From an uncultured Phycisphaerales bacterium (GTDB lineage: Bacteria > Planctomycetota > Phycisphaerae > Tepidisphaerales > Tepidisphaeraceae), in contig CAVWVQ010000003.1 in NCBI GenBank assembly GCA_963758525.1, forward strand, positions 3,776,001 through 3,840,000: a DNA stretch of 64,000 bases. The letters run 5' to 3'. The notes below the pieces were generated by a model that saw only the letters and a program-made list of their open reading frames with translations, ran no database searches and was not told where the DNA came from. The stretch's first letter is position 1; each line of letters starts with the position of its first letter. This document shows positions 1-8,744 of this stretch, piece by piece. Both the position numbers and the translations under genes were made by a program.

Positions 1-973
1 ATTCGTCGCGGGCCGTGATCTTGAACGCATTGCCGCCGTTATAAAGCTCGGCTTCGTTCTTCCAGCACATGCCGTCGCGGCGCTGACGCTCGGTTGCGTC
101 ATCAAAATGCGGCAGACCCACCGACTTTTTCGTCAGCTTCGTCAGATGCGGCGCGAGAATGACACAACCCGTATGGCCCGTCCAATGCCGCACGTCCAGC
201 GCCGCGTCGTTCTCCGGCAGATACGGATCGCCCGCGTTACCGAAGATGCTTTCCACGAAATCAAGATTGCTCACCAGTGCGCCGGGGGCGAAGAAGCGGA
301 TCTCCATTGCCTTCTGGGAGGTGACGCCCGGCACCTTCGGACAGACGATCGGACGCAGCAGAAGCGACACGAAACAGGCCGCCTCCTGCGGCTGGCCCTG
401 CGTGAACGGCAAGCGCATGTTTTCCGCCGGCGGCTTGAGCGCCGCGGCGAGCAGCCGGGCAAACGTCTCCTTCGGCACGGCTTCCTTGTCATCGGGAATC
501 GGCAGCCCTCCCTCGGCCACATGGAAAATTCCCTTCGTCGTCCGGCGGTCGCTCTTGGGATTGTGCAAAACTCCCTGCTTCACGCGATACGAATGCACAA
601 TCTCAGAAACGAATTCATCCCCCTTCGGCGGCAGCGACAGCGCCCGCGCTCTGCCCGCGCGGTCGAGCACAAACGTGATGCCCGGGAGCTTGATCGATCC
701 GCCGGCGGGGCCTTCCGGCTCGATCCTGACACCGGCCAGGTAGCGATCCAAAAACGCCTGGATACGCTGATCGGCAGGGCAGAGATAGTTCGTGAGCAGA
801 CGCATGGTCTCGCGAAAATGCGAGAGAAACGCGCCGGCCACATCGTGAAAATCAGCGTCGCCCTCAGTCCCGACCGTCGGGAGGCTCAGGGCCGCGAGTT
901 TCAGATTGATATATTTGACAATAGTGCGCTGCTCAGCGGCCAAAGCCGCTGCGGGACCGTCTAAAGAACTCAT
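1..973 (-). CDS. PPi-dependent phosphoenolpyruvate carboxykinase (5' part, runs off window edge)
   Basis: Not in ORF track. Manual translation from ATG 973 gives MSSLDG...YINLKLAAL...EIRFFAPGALVSNLDFVESIFGNAGDPYLPENDAALDVRHWTGHTGCVILAPHL...RQRRDGMCW, the Propionibacterium/Entamoeba PPi-PEPCK signature. Confidence 0.88.
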   Translation of the reverse strand, partial: MSSLDGPAAALAAEQRTIVKYINLKLAALSLPTVGTEGDADFHDVAGAFLSHFRETMRLLTNYLCPADQRIQAFLDRYLAGVRIEPEGPAGGSIKLPGITFVLDRAGRARALSLPPKGDEFVSEIVHSYRVKQGVLHNPKSDRRTTKGIFHVAEGGLPIPDDKEAVPKETFARLLAAALKPPAENMRLPFTQGQPQEAACFVSLLLRPIVCPKVPGVTSQKAMEIRFFAPGALVSNLDFVESIFGNAGDPYLPENDAALDVRHWTGHTGCVILAPHLTKLTKKSVGLPHFDDATERQRRDGMCWKNEAELYNGGNAFKITARDE

Positions 974-1089
974 TGCGACGTTCGGTCCTTTCCGAAAGAG
1001 GAGCGCGGGTTGTAAAGATAGCGACCCGCGGCTCTCGAATCAAAACGAATCTGCAATTCAACAGCGAAAAAGGGGTTGCGCCCACGTAT

Positions 1090-1250
1090 CCCTGCTGCGT
1101 GCGCAGCACTCGGAATCCTTTAGCCGCCTCGCTCGCGAGGCGTGTCCAACGGAGCAATTGTTCAAGACCGCGCCCAGCTGAGCATCCGCGCCGCTGGACG
1201 CACCTCGCAAGCGAGGCGGCTAAACGATTCTGAGTGCTGCGCACGCGGGA
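1090..1250. repeat. REP-like inverted repeat pair (~55-bp arms)
   Basis: gcgtgcgcagcactcggaatcctttagccgcctcgctcgcgagg... pairs with ...cctcgcaagcgaggcggctaaacgattctgagtgctgcgcacgc. Confidence 0.85.
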
Positions 1251-1281
1251 CGCAACAAATGCCCACGAGCAACCCCTTCGA

Positions 1282-2427
1282 TCATCCCCGGATAATCTGC
1301 GCCATCGCATCCGCGAGCTTTTCCGGCGTGCAGGAAAGAATGTCCATCCCGACTTTTCGGCACTTGGAGGCGGTGGTCTTGTTGTATTCGGGACGAGCGG
1401 AGTAGCCGAGCGCGCCGAGGCCGATCATTCGAACGCCCGACTGGGCCATGTCGCGCACCTGGCTGACCAGATCGCGCTCCGAGCGCCCTTCGTAGAAATC
1501 GGTGATCAAAACGACGATCGTCCGGCCGGGCTGCGCGACCAGTTGATTCGCGTAATGGAGTGCTTTGGCGATATCCGTCCCGCCGCCGAGTTGGATCGAG
1601 AGCAGCACATCGACGGGCTGGCCGACCTTGTCGCTGAGATCGGCGATGTCGGTGTCGAAGAGGAACAGGCTCGTGCGCACCGACGGAAGCTCAGCGAAGA
1701 TGGACGCCATGACGGCAGAGAAAATCGCCGAGTCGAGCATCGAGCCGGATTGATCGACGGCGACGATGATGTGCCAGGGCCGGCTCCTGCGCTCGGCGGC
1801 ATGGAAGTAGAGGCGGTTGACCAGCAGCTTGGCGGACTCGGCATCATAGTTGTGCAGATTGCGGCGAATCGTCCGGCCCAGATCGAGGTTGCGATACACC
1901 CGCCGGGGCGAATGCTTGTCGCGCCGGATCGCGCCCGTGATGGCCGGCTCAATCTGCACTTTCAGCTTCTGCTTCAACTCCTGCACGACCTTGTCGATGA
2001 TCTTGCGCGCCAGGGAGCGCGTCTGCTCGTTGAGCAGATCGCGATGCGTCAGCAGTGTCTTGACCAATTCCTGGTTCGGCTCGATCCGCTCCAGCAATTC
2101 GGGCTTCTGCATCAGCTCGCGCAGGCCTTTGCGATTGACCAGCTCGCGCTCCATCACCTCTTTGGCTTCGCGGGGAAACAGCTCGCCAACCTCGTCCACC
2201 CAGCGCGGGACGTTCATCGCGTGGCCCGGGCCGGAGCCGCCGGTTCTGTCCCCGTGCTTCGGCTTCGCGCCGGCAGAGTCTTCGAAGAGGAAGCCGACGA
2301 GCGCTTCGATCCGCGCGGCTTGTTCGTCGTCGCCGGCGATCGAGACCCCGTGCTGGTCCGCGGCCTTCCCCAGGACCAGCCGCCAGCGGGTCAGCGTTTT
2401 GCGTTGTTGTTGAGTGAGATCTGCCAT
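1282..2427 (-). CDS. VWA domain protein (YehP/CoxE-like)
   Basis: RWRLVLG N-terminus; MIDAS motif VDQSGSM; GGGTDIAKAL; ITDFYEG. Confidence 0.9.
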   Translation of the reverse strand: MADLTQQQRKTLTRWRLVLGKAADQHGVSIAGDDEQAARIEALVGFLFEDSAGAKPKHGDRTGGSGPGHAMNVPRWVDEVGELFPREAKEVMERELVNRKGLRELMQKPELLERIEPNQELVKTLLTHRDLLNEQTRSLARKIIDKVVQELKQKLKVQIEPAITGAIRRDKHSPRRVYRNLDLGRTIRRNLHNYDAESAKLLVNRLYFHAAERRSRPWHIIVAVDQSGSMLDSAIFSAVMASIFAELPSVRTSLFLFDTDIADLSDKVGQPVDVLLSIQLGGGTDIAKALHYANQLVAQPGRTIVVLITDFYEGRSERDLVSQVRDMAQSGVRMIGLGALGYSARPEYNKTTASKCRKVGMDILSCTPEKLADAMAQIIRG

Positions 2428-2439
2428 GGTGGGACCGAA

Positions 2440-4956
2440 TCAATTTTTGTCGCTGATCCATTTCTCCAGGATCGCCGCGACCTCGGTATCGAGTTGAGCC
2501 ATCAACCGGGCGGCGCCCACGCTGATCGTGAGGGTGCGGAGCGATTCACTTTCCTTCAGACCATACAGTTCCGCCACGTGCGACGCGACGCCGTCGCGCT
2601 GGCGCTCGTGCAGCGTCTCAAACGCCGCGCGGAGGCGCGGCACCATGTTGAGAAACGTTTCTCCGTCCGCGTTTTGCAGCAGTTCGTCGATCGCGGCAAC
2701 GAGCGCCGTCGCCCCCAGCAGGATCGCGGTCTTGGAGACGCGGAGCACGCCGTGCAGGAAATCGCCCGCGACCACCTGCTGATCGATGCCGCCCCGCGCG
2801 TACGCGCTCAGTTCCGCGGCGAGCGCCTCGGGCTTCATTCGCCGCATCTCTGTCAGAACGCCGAGAAACGCGCCGCGCAGGAATGGCATCGTCGAGTCCT
2901 TCGCGGCCCGATCGACGTGCGCTGCAAACAGGTCGGCATCCAGGTCCTGGCGTTGGACCACGGGCTCGGCCAGCGCCAACAGCCCGTGAATGACGTTGTC
3001 CCATTCCTCGGGCGGCACCGACGCGACTTGCGAGACCGCAAAGCACGCCCGATCGAAGCAGCGCGCGATCAGATCCGCGAGCCGTTGCTTTCCCATCCCG
3101 CGAAGCGCCGCATACCGCTCCAGCAGCATCAGCGACGTGAGCGCGTCAGTGAGCGAATGGAATCGATCATCATGGTCGATGGCATGCCCGGTGGCTTGCT
3201 CGGCCTGCGCGACAAGCGTCGGAAGATCCATGTCGATTGCCTGCACGAGCCGCCGGCATGCGGGGCCGGCTTCGAAGCTGTTTGCGCCGAGGCCTTCCCG
3301 CAGCAGCGTCATCGCCGCGACTTCCACGGTGTCGCCATGCAGGCTGCGCTCGATGAGCGACGCTCCGATCTTCGGACTCCACCGCAATTTCCAATGCTCC
3401 TTGAAGATCGACTGCCCGAAGGGGGACGTTTCGCGCTGCAGCGTGCCGATCTCGACGCCCAAAAAAATCAGGCGATGGAGGAATGCGGAGCGCGCCGCAT
3501 CGTTTGGCTGTCGCTTGTCGAGCGCATAAGTCTGCACTTTCTCGCGGGCGGCGACTTCCTCCAGATCGAGCCTGGCGAGTTGTTCGTAGAAGTCGTTGAT
3601 GATCGGAAGTCGGCCGATCCGGTCCGTCACCCGGCCGAGGCGCGTGCCGATGTTCACTTCGTCGATGGCATCCAGCAGGTTGCCCGCGTCGGTCTTCGGA
3701 TTTCCCTTGCAGCAGCAGGTGATCAGGGCATCGTGGATGTCATCCAGCACCGGGTGCTGCCGCCCGCGCAGGCGGGCGAGCATGAGCGCGTTCTGCGTCG
3801 CGGAGATGGCATCGGCTGAAGAGAAGAGCTCGCCGCGCCGGCGCGACTCCTTCAGGCAATCGATGACGTAATCGATCACCACCTGATCCTGCCCGATCCC
3901 TGCCGAATGGCTCTCGTAACACATCTCGTAAAAACGGGGCGCGCGGTTCCCGGCCCCATAGCCCGACAGCTCCGAAATCCGGAAGTATGAGTACGGCGCG
4001 ACGGTCACGCTCAGCGTTCCCTGCGGGATCGGCGGCGGAGGCTGGGGATCATTCCGATCGAGAAAAATGTGAAAGCCGCCGCAAACAACCATCGCCTCGG
4101 AAGGTTGAATGTTCAGATTGTCGAGCGTCTGGCGGATGGTTTTCCACATGAACCGCTCGCGGGCGAGAGTACCGTCGAACTGCAACGAGTCCGCCGGCGT
4201 GGTGGCGCGAACCGCCGCGCAGAACAGCGCAACATCGCGGCGCATGGTTTCGTAAGACTCGTCGGGCCGCGGGGTTTCAAAGAGTCTGTCCCATGTCTCG
4301 TTCCAGCTTCGATAGCCGGCGGTTTTCGCAAGCACCTGGTAGAACGTGCTGCGCGGGGCGATTTCATCGAGATCGCGCCGCTGCGCCGGCTGCGGTTGAT
4401 CGACGCCAGGGGAGGGCGGTCTTCCGATCGCATAATGGGGCAGGTCCATGAAAACGCTTTGGGCGCCGATCTCCCTGGCCGTGAGCATCGCGACGTATTC
4501 GGGCGAGTAGCTGACCAGCGGATACCAGACCGAATAGCGGGGGACCGGGATCGATGGACCCGCAACTGGTGCGCTTGCGGCGGTGTCGTCGCGGAAGCTG
4601 GAATAAATTGCCACCGGCGGGCGAGTCTTGGAATCGATGAGAAACTCGATCATCTCCTGCGCTTCGTGCGGCCCTTCGATGAACACGATCCGCGGCTTGC
4701 GCTGGCGGATCGCCTGGGCAATGTGCCGGGCGATGGCGGGGGAGTGATGCCGGACCGGAAACCAATAGAGCGGCTCGTTGAGAATCGTGTCCACGCTCGC
4801 GACCAGCGCGTCGACATCGAGTATCGCAGCGCGGGCGGCGTCAAGAACCTCGGAGGCAACTTCCGGGTTTGCGGGTGGCGCACCCATTTCCTCTCCCGGT
4901 ATGCCGCGGGAGGGCTGGGGTGGGGGCGTTTTCTGCTGTTGAAAAAGCTTGCTCAT
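2440..4956 (-). CDS. YehM-like / DUF5682 family protein
   Basis: PVRHHSP, FIEGP, RERFM, VVCGGFH, SGYGAGNRAP motifs; sits between AAA and VWA genes. Confidence 0.85.
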   Translation of the reverse strand: MSKLFQQQKTPPPQPSRGIPGEEMGAPPANPEVASEVLDAARAAILDVDALVASVDTILNEPLYWFPVRHHSPAIARHIAQAIRQRKPRIVFIEGPHEAQEMIEFLIDSKTRPPVAIYSSFRDDTAASAPVAGPSIPVPRYSVWYPLVSYSPEYVAMLTAREIGAQSVFMDLPHYAIGRPPSPGVDQPQPAQRRDLDEIAPRSTFYQVLAKTAGYRSWNETWDRLFETPRPDESYETMRRDVALFCAAVRATTPADSLQFDGTLARERFMWKTIRQTLDNLNIQPSEAMVVCGGFHIFLDRNDPQPPPPIPQGTLSVTVAPYSYFRISELSGYGAGNRAPRFYEMCYESHSAGIGQDQVVIDYVIDCLKESRRRGELFSSADAISATQNALMLARLRGRQHPVLDDIHDALITCCCKGNPKTDAGNLLDAIDEVNIGTRLGRVTDRIGRLPIINDFYEQLARLDLEEVAAREKVQTYALDKRQPNDAARSAFLHRLIFLGVEIGTLQRETSPFGQSIFKEHWKLRWSPKIGASLIERSLHGDTVEVAAMTLLREGLGANSFEAGPACRRLVQAIDMDLPTLVAQAEQATGHAIDHDDRFHSLTDALTSLMLLERYAALRGMGKQRLADLIARCFDRACFAVSQVASVPPEEWDNVIHGLLALAEPVVQRQDLDADLFAAHVDRAAKDSTMPFLRGAFLGVLTEMRRMKPEALAAELSAYARGGIDQQVVAGDFLHGVLRVSKTAILLGATALVAAIDELLQNADGETFLNMVPRLRAAFETLHERQRDGVASHVAELYGLKESESLRTLTISVGAARLMAQLDTEVAAILEKWISDKN

Positions 4957-4968
4957 TTCATAAGAGGA

Positions 4969-5008
4969 CCCTCACTCCACCCTCTCCCGGTACTCCGGGA
5001 GAGGGTGG
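4969..5008. repeat. REP-like hairpin, CCCTC-x-CCCGG...GAGGG family (relatives at 30651-30688 and 41124-41163)
   Basis: Perfect stem ccaccctctcccgg-tact-ccgggagagggtgg. Confidence 0.8.
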
Positions 5009-5015
5009 AATGATT

Positions 5016-6182
5016 TCACTTCAGGGACTTTTGTGCCTCGTCGTGGAATGACTGCCAGTGTTTATCCGACATCCCGCGTTTCCTGGCGACGATCGCAACA
5101 TATTCCTTGAGCGCGGCCAGATCCTGCGGGTCTTCCTTCACGATCGATCCGATCAGATTTCGCGCGATCGATCCTCCCGAGACTTTCCCGTCCCCGAAGA
5201 AACGGCTGTGGAGTGCGGCATCGACGGCGGTGCCGATCGCTTCCGCGGTGGAAAGAGTGGTGCCGGGGGATTTGACGCTGATGCCCTCCGCGGTTTTGCC
5301 GTCGCGCAGCTCGCGGAACGCGGTGGCAAGAAGATCGAGGATCGCCGGCTCGATTGTTGTGGGAATGTCATAACGCGAAAGAAGGTCCGCCGTCCGCTGA
5401 CGCACGATCTCGATTTCCGTCTTCTTGTCGGCGACGATCGGAATGTGGACGTAGTTAAACCGGCGTTTGAGGGCGGCTGAAAGATCATTAACGCCCTGAT
5501 CGCGGGAATTGGCAGTGGCGATGATATTGAAGCCCGGCCTGGCGAAGATGGTATTCGCATCCGGCAGTTCCGGAATTGCGATGTTCTTGTCCGACATGAT
5601 TGAGACAAGGGCGTCCTGCACGTCGGGCACGCAGCGCGTGATTTCCTCAAAGCGAAGCAGCCCGCCGCACCGCATGGCGACCATCGTCGGCGAGGGTATC
5701 AGATTGTTGGGCGTGGGACCTTCGGCGATGACGCGCGCGATATTCCAGGAATACTTGATGTGCTCCTCAGTGGTGCCTGCCGTACCCTGAATAACCAGCG
5801 TGGAGTTGCCGGCTATCGCGGCGGCGAGATGTTCGCTGAGCCAGCTTTTGCCGGTGCCGGGGTCGCCCACCAGCAGGAGCGAGCGCTCGGAGGCAAGCGT
5901 GACGATCGCCCGCTCGACAATGGCGGTATCACCATAGAATTTGCGCGTGATATCGACTTTCTTCTTCTTGCCGTCGATCGTCGCTTCCAGCGTCTTGCCG
6001 CCGAGGATGTAGGCCAAAACGGAACGTGGCGCAAGTTTCCAGGATGACGGAGGCTTGTCCCCCTCGTTTTGACGCAGCGCCTCGAGCTCATCGGCATAAG
6101 TGACTTCCGCCGGCAAGCGCAGCACATCGCTCTCCGCGGCGTGATGTTCCTTTTCCAAAGTCGGCTCCGTTTTCTTCGCCAT
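5016..6182 (-). CDS. MoxR-related AAA+ ATPase (YehL-like, AAA_5)
   Basis: Walker A GDPGTGKS, Walker B LRFEEITR, ATANSRD, LSAALKRRF. Confidence 0.92.
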   Translation of the reverse strand: MAKKTEPTLEKEHHAAESDVLRLPAEVTYADELEALRQNEGDKPPSSWKLAPRSVLAYILGGKTLEATIDGKKKKVDITRKFYGDTAIVERAIVTLASERSLLLVGDPGTGKSWLSEHLAAAIAGNSTLVIQGTAGTTEEHIKYSWNIARVIAEGPTPNNLIPSPTMVAMRCGGLLRFEEITRCVPDVQDALVSIMSDKNIAIPELPDANTIFARPGFNIIATANSRDQGVNDLSAALKRRFNYVHIPIVADKKTEIEIVRQRTADLLSRYDIPTTIEPAILDLLATAFRELRDGKTAEGISVKSPGTTLSTAEAIGTAVDAALHSRFFGDGKVSGGSIARNLIGSIVKEDPQDLAALKEYVAIVARKRGMSDKHWQSFHDEAQKSLK

Positions 6183-6202
6183 ATATCACTCCCATTCCTT
6201 AC

Positions 6203-6249
6203 CCTTCGTGCCTCCGTGCCTCCGTGCCTTCGTGCTTTCGTGCCTTCCC
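6203..6249. repeat. Tandem octamer CCTYCGTG x5 plus partial
   Basis: ccttcgtg cctccgtg cctccgtg ccttcgtg ctttcgtg ccttccc. Confidence 0.9.
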
Positions 6250-6251
6250 GG

Positions 6252-7361
6252 CTAAGTAAACTTCATCGCCTTTACCAGCTCCGCCTGACTGATTTTGTCG
6301 GCTGAGACGGTCAGATACTCCGGCCCGTCTTTGCCAAGCGCCGTCAGCGGCTGCAATAGCAGCTTGCAGGATTCGTAGTGTACGACGCCGTAGATCGGCG
6401 GCCTCTTCTTTTGTGCCGCCAGCTTTCCCATCACGGCATGCAACGGCGTGCCCGACGGACCGCGATCGAGCCGCGCCTCGAATTGCAAGGTTTGCGTGCT
6501 GAGTGGCAGGAGGTCGTAGCCTTCCTCTGAAGATGTTCGCTCGCCCGCCTGCCATTGGTCGACGAAGACTTCCTCCTGCAATTCGATCTCCAGATCCAGC
6601 GGCGTCGGGCGATGCTGCTCCAGCCGCGCCGACGCCGCCCGTGGATCCCAGTGCCACAGCGATTGCCAGTCCGTGAACGCGCTTGCCGTCTTCATCTCGC
6701 TGGCATCACCGAGGATCAGGCGAGTGACGCCGGGGGGCTGACGATGAATCGAACAGCGGCTGATTTCCACCGCTTTCTTCTCGAGCAGAAGCGATGGCTT
6801 GAATTTCTGCTTCTGCGGCAAATGCAAAAACGCCTCGGCGGGTAATTCGAGATCCTTTCGCATCGGAAAGACACAAGACCAGATGATCGCCTCGCCGGCT
6901 TCCACGGGCGCCGACGCTTCGATCGCGCGGAGACGGAAATCAAAGCTCGCAAACGCCCCCGGCACCACGCGCTTGGCAACGCCAAGCGTAACAACCTTCA
7001 GGCTCTGCACCGGCTGCGTCGGCGGAGTCGACATGAGAGCATCGAACGCGGCATTGTCGTTTGAATCGATCGCGCGGCGCATGCTCGTCGCCAGCAGCCA
7101 TGCTCGGCCGAGAAGAAACGCGAGGCGCCGCGAAGAGAATTGGGCCGATCCGGCGGTAAACCGCGAAATCTCCTCGTTGGCGATGCGAAGCGTCGAGCCC
7201 AGCCGGAGCAGACGCATGCGCGACGCCTCCTTGAAGCTCACGTCGATACGCTCGACCGTGGATTTGGAAGCCGCCGTGAGCCCGGCCAGCAGCAACTCCT
7301 CGACCGTGCCGCACAGTTCATCGAGAAGGGAGATGAGTTGTTTCTGTTCGGCTTGCTGCAT
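6252..7361 (-). CDS. Hypothetical protein resembling the YehQ core without a SWIM finger
   Basis: 369-aa ORF; helical N-terminus LLDEL..TVEELLLAGL...RLLRLG, then LKVVTLGV; directly upstream of the yehL-like gene. Confidence 0.6.
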   Translation of the reverse strand: MQQAEQKQLISLLDELCGTVEELLLAGLTAASKSTVERIDVSFKEASRMRLLRLGSTLRIANEEISRFTAGSAQFSSRRLAFLLGRAWLLATSMRRAIDSNDNAAFDALMSTPPTQPVQSLKVVTLGVAKRVVPGAFASFDFRLRAIEASAPVEAGEAIIWSCVFPMRKDLELPAEAFLHLPQKQKFKPSLLLEKKAVEISRCSIHRQPPGVTRLILGDASEMKTASAFTDWQSLWHWDPRAASARLEQHRPTPLDLEIELQEEVFVDQWQAGERTSSEEGYDLLPLSTQTLQFEARLDRGPSGTPLHAVMGKLAAQKKRPPIYGVVHYESCKLLLQPLTALGKDGPEYLTVSADKISQAELVKAMKFT

Positions 7362-7390
7362 GTGTCCGCGATCCGTCAGAGTGTGAGTCT

Positions 7391-7457
7391 GGGGCGGGAT
7401 TCATCCCGCCGCATTCTCTGCTTCCCAAGACAATTGGCGGGATAAATCCCGCCCTAC
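7391..7457. repeat. REP-like inverted pair
   Basis: ggggcgggattcatcccgcc ... ggcgggataaatcccgccctac. Confidence 0.8.
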
Positions 7458-7814
7458 TCATCTTCAGTTGATTCGGGACTTTCTTCCCGATCGAGCAGTG
7501 CCACGGTCGTCTTGAGATGGGTGCCAACGACTCTCAGCGTGAGAAGTCGTTCCAGAAGGCGCACGGAAATCTGTGCTTCCAGCAGTTTGCGCGCGGACGC
7601 CCGTTCGTCCTTCTCGATTTGTGAATGCAGGGCCGACAGAATCGACGCCACATGTCCCGCGCCGGCTTGTTCCAGATATTCGGTAAATGACTGCAATTGC
7701 GACAGTTCATCCGGCCCGCAGGCGCAGGCCGCGAACGACAAGTGTTTCCAGCAGCGATCGCAGTCGTTCGATGCCGACGCGGAGTTCATCGAATTCGGAT
7801 GCACCAGTCACCAT
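7454..7814 (-). CDS. Small helical hypothetical protein, frameshifted near 7730
   Basis: ATG 7814 gives MVTGASEFDELRVGIERLRSLLETLVVRGLR, continuing in another frame as ACGPDELSQLQSFTEYL...EDE*; restoring 2 bp (GC) joins them. Confidence 0.7.
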
Positions 7815-7815
7815 G

Positions 7816-8709
7816 CTAATCGATGGAGCGGGAGTCGCCGCCGGCCCCAACCCCGCCAGTTGCCGGAACGGATTGGATGATCACGTATTGTTTTCGGAAC
7901 TCCACTCCGGCGTGCTCCCATGACTCGACGTATTTGCGCAGGGCGGATTTGCCCTCCTCAAATTCGGCGCCGTTGATTCGGCAATCCGCCTGGGCCGCGC
8001 CATCCTGGTTGCGCATGGCGAAAAGCCGAATGGCGCAAAAATGATCTGATTCCAGTAGCGATTTGAAAGCCTCGATTGATCGGGTCAGCAGACAACAGGG
8101 GCAAAATTGATGTTTGTCCCCGCCGCCGGCAGTTGGCTGGTCGGATGCATTGGGGTGTTGTTGATAGTGTGCCACGGGTCCCAGCACCACTCGACGGTGC
8201 CGCGCGGGCGTCGCGTCCTTCGGTGGAAATGACATCGAGAGAAGCGTCAACTGCTGAGGCTTCTCCCGGAGCGCTTCGACAAAAACAATATAATCAACCT
8301 GCGCCCACTGATCGAACCCCTTGGCGATCGAATCTTCCGCGCTGTCGCCCGTCGAATGTTGAAATTCAAATATCGGCTGAGGAATCAGCGTCGGATGGCT
8401 GATGTGAATCGTCGTGGTGGTCCTGGCTCCGCCAGCGTCCAGCGGCTGAAATCCTTCAACTTTTGGCCGGATGACGAAGCTGCGATCCTCGTCTTCAATG
8501 CGATCCTGGTGGCAAGTCACACGATACCCGCGCTGCCGAAGTACGCGGGCCGCGACCTCGAAGAGATTGAATTGCTCGTTCCAGGTCTCTGTTCCTCGGG
8601 CGTATGCGATCTTGACGTCTCCGGGAGATTTGGTGGTCGCAGCCGGAGCTGCAACCTGCTGTTGCGGTCCAGGTATCGGCCGGGCAGTTTTTTTGAACCA
8701 TCCAAACAT
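7816..8709 (-). CDS. DUF6348-like protein
   Basis: Likely start MFGWFKK; FEFQHSTG, FCPCCLLT, ADCRING, EFRKQYV motifs. Confidence 0.7.
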   Translation of the reverse strand: MFGWFKKTARPIPGPQQQVAAPAATTKSPGDVKIAYARGTETWNEQFNLFEVAARVLRQRGYRVTCHQDRIEDEDRSFVIRPKVEGFQPLDAGGARTTTTIHISHPTLIPQPIFEFQHSTGDSAEDSIAKGFDQWAQVDYIVFVEALREKPQQLTLLSMSFPPKDATPARHRRVVLGPVAHYQQHPNASDQPTAGGGDKHQFCPCCLLTRSIEAFKSLLESDHFCAIRLFAMRNQDGAAQADCRINGAEFEEGKSALRKYVESWEHAGVEFRKQYVIIQSVPATGGVGAGGDSRSID

Positions 8710-8744
8710 ACAGATCCCGGGCGCGGCGACCGCGTTTGTGACCC

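Noticed and set aside
1234..3819. 861-aa plus-strand ORF and similar long antisense ORFs (e.g. 16304-17872, 52838-54568, 58693-60132)
   Set aside because: Shadow frames of well-supported opposite-strand genes in high-GC DNA; no motifs.
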